A stretch of 47,288 nt of DNA, taken from positions 1 through 47,288 of the IMG/VR virus record IMGVR_UViG_3300026554_000027, one strand, 5' to 3'. The position numbers and the translations under genes were made by a program. Within the stretch, counting starts at the first letter, position 1. Each line of letters starts with the position of its first letter. The notes below the pieces were generated by a model that did not search any database, had not been told where the DNA came from, and saw only the letters and a program-made list of their open reading frames with translations. Origin of the DNA: a virus. Below, in pieces: positions 45,690 to 47,288 of the stretch.

Positions 45690-47242
45690 TCAACCACCAC
45701 TTTCAATTCTTTTTCCTCTTCCTTAACGTAGAGCGTAATAACTTGGCAGTCCATCTTATTGAGCCAGCTTGCAGATTCAGCATTGTCGATGAACACCACA
45801 GCTCTCGTGTTTGTGTGTCGCTGGATAGCGTTGATAACTTCCTGCCCTGCTCTGATCGCTTCTGACCGTGAGCAGTCACTATAAGGAACGTTTCCATTTA
45901 CCATCGCCGTGCAGTCATCCGATATGTTGCCGTTCATAGCTTCGTCAAACAACCTGAACTTCAATGTCGAGAATAGATCATTGACCCTACTCTGTACCGC
46001 TTCTGCCTTTGCCCTGATGAACCGTTCTACAGCGTTCTTGATTCCTTCCTGCTGAACGATGAGTGTAGCCAGTTCCCTGTTCCTCTGCTCAAGTTCGTGA
46101 ATCCGATTGCTTGTATCGTTTGCAAGATTTGCAAGTGCAAGTTTCGTTTTGAGTTCATCCAAGAACCGCTTCTGCTCTGCGATGACTTCCGGCTTTTTGC
46201 AACCGTCAAGATTTTCTCTTGCAATTTGACGCTGTTTGTCTAGTCCTTGATACGTTGCCTTGAGTTGAGCTGCGTTCTTTAGCAGGTCTTGCTTGCGCTG
46301 TGCGATAAAGTTTGCCTTGTCCTCAATTACTTGATGGCAGGTCGGGCACGTGCTTACAACACCTTCGCCGGACATAATCTCTAGCTCTGCGTGCTCTTTC
46401 TTGAGTTCTTCCATGTGAGCCTTGATGTCGTTGCAAGCCTTGTCGAGCATCGTGTAGTTGGCTGAAACCGTTTCGTACATTCCTGGCTGTGCAAGCTCAA
46501 TCTCTTTTTCCAATGCTTCAATCTGTAATCCGAGCTTTTCATTGTTTTCAACCGGTTCGTTTCTTCGTTTCAGTTCATCGATTCGAGCTGGTATCTGGTC
46601 TTGCTCTTTCTTGTATTCCTTGATCTTGCTCGTAACGATCTTGAGCAGGTCTTCTGTTGTGTGTCCCTTGGCTTGCATCGTAGCAACCACTCGCAGAAGG
46701 TCTGCATCGCCTTGGCACATCTCCACCGGATCAATGCCGTCAATCATGTTCAAAAGATAGGCACGCTGGTCTTTCTTGTTCATCGTCAGGAAAGCATCTA
46801 CGTTGGTGATAACTCGGAATGTCTGCTCTGATACTATCGAGTCGATCTTTGCCTTGTATTCGTTCTGTTTTACAGGTACTTCGTTGATGATGAACTCTGT
46901 GGTGTAGCCATCGAACGTTTTCTCAAGCGCACCTCTGCGGTTCAGCCACTTGGATTTCAATGTGCGTTTTAGGACAAGGCTTTCACCGTCTACCGACAAA
47001 TCAATCGTGACGCTAGGTTCAACGCCTCTGTTTGGCTGTCCATCAATCAATGGAACGATCTCAAAGTCTGCCTTGCCCTTGCTGTCTTTTCCGAATAAGT
47101 TCCAAAGAAAAGCATCGTAAACTGTTGTCTTACCTACTGCATTGTCGGCATAAATCTGTGCGTTTTTGCCATTAAACTCAATCGTCTGTTCTTTGATGCC
47201 TTTGAAGTCTTTGATAGCGATGCCATTTAAACTGATGTTCAT
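45686..47242 (-). CDS. SMC/Rad50/SbcC-like ATPase with coiled coil and CxxC hook
   Basis: N-terminal Walker A ADNAVGKTT, a long E/K/L/Q coiled coil, a central STCPTCHQ, and C-terminal VVFIDNAES (Walker B-like). Confidence 0.8.
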   Translation of the reverse strand: MNISLNGIAIKDFKGIKEQTIEFNGKNAQIYADNAVGKTTVYDAFLWNLFGKDSKGKADFEIVPLIDGQPNRGVEPSVTIDLSVDGESLVLKRTLKSKWLNRRGALEKTFDGYTTEFIINEVPVKQNEYKAKIDSIVSEQTFRVITNVDAFLTMNKKDQRAYLLNMIDGIDPVEMCQGDADLLRVVATMQAKGHTTEDLLKIVTSKIKEYKKEQDQIPARIDELKRRNEPVENNEKLGLQIEALEKEIELAQPGMYETVSANYTMLDKACNDIKAHMEELKKEHAELEIMSGEGVVSTCPTCHQVIEDKANFIAQRKQDLLKNAAQLKATYQGLDKQRQIARENLDGCKKPEVIAEQKRFLDELKTKLALANLANDTSNRIHELEQRNRELATLIVQQEGIKNAVERFIRAKAEAVQSRVNDLFSTLKFRLFDEAMNGNISDDCTAMVNGNVPYSDCSRSEAIRAGQEVINAIQRHTNTRAVVFIDNAESASWLNKMDCQVITLYVKEEEKELKVVVE

Positions 47243-47255
47243 TTGCTTTCCCTCT

Positions 47256-47279
47256 TTCCGAATTGGTCACGATTGCGTC
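47256..47279 (-). repeat. 24-nt intercistronic element, copy E (GACGCAATCGTGACCAATTCGGAA)
   Basis: Spans the circular junction region. Upstream of the SMC-like ATPase gene. Confidence 0.8.
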
Positions 47280-47288
47280 ATAACTGAG

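Noticed and set aside
1-47288. tRNA or tmRNA genes, a CRISPR array, a reverse transcriptase/DGR or retron, integrase and attP, and stop-codon recoding
   Set aside because: I saw no GGTTCGAAT-type T-loop or cloverleaf candidates. I saw no spacer-interrupted repeats and no YxDD polymerase motif. I saw no tyrosine- or serine-recombinase motifs. All large genes are intact ORFs under the standard code. This is a negative result from reading by eye, not from tRNAscan or HMM searches.

Overview
The window is one complete dsDNA phage genome. Bases 1..24 are identical to 47265..47288, so it is a circular or terminally redundant assembly with 47264 unique bp. Signals look Firmicutes-like: GGAGG Shine-Dalgarno sites, TTGACA/TGnTATAAT promoters, a GH25 + PG-binding + M15 endolysin and a BhlA-like holin. 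There are two transcription arms. (1) A minus-strand early/replication arm runs from about 8850 down to 1 and, across the junction, from 47288 down to 35281. It carries about 60 mostly small ORFs. Recognisable ones are an SMC/Rad50-like ATPase, RecT, an MBL-fold hydrolase, MazG, DUF3310, an SSB-like protein, a zf-CHC2 primase fragment, a replisome organiser with an embedded HNH domain, a DnaB-like helicase, DUF1064, Gp37/Gp68 (DUF5131), a pentapeptide-repeat protein, two DUF551 paralogues, a free-standing HNH and several Xis-like HTH proteins. (2) A plus-strand late arm spans 10510..35245: metallophosphoesterase, TerL, portal, scaffold, major capsid, tail fibre, a beta-propeller tail protein, 523-aa and 1832-aa virion proteins, two holin-like proteins and the endolysin. 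Its layout looks podovirus-like; I saw no tape measure, tube or sheath. The arms diverge at an unusual control region (about 8030..10510) and converge on a bidirectional terminator (35249..35284). No integrase, tRNA, CRISPR array or reverse transcriptase was seen. Most noteworthy: (a) a roughly 24-nt element repeated at least 10 times at early-gene boundaries in one orientation, resembling stoperators or start-associated sequences; (b) a roughly 0.75-kb ORF-free, strongly G+T-skewed region with phased TGATCR hexamers, a consensus promoter running straight into a hairpin, and a 26-nt alternating Py-Pu tract; (c) tandem promoter-terminator mini-units that predict small RNAs carrying CCUCC motifs; (d) two minus-strand cassettes led by ribbon-helix-helix (RHH) genes inside the late arm, one sharing overlapping divergent promoters with an apparently leaderless terL; (e) no adjacent terS. 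All functional calls come from reading motifs by eye. No database search was run.
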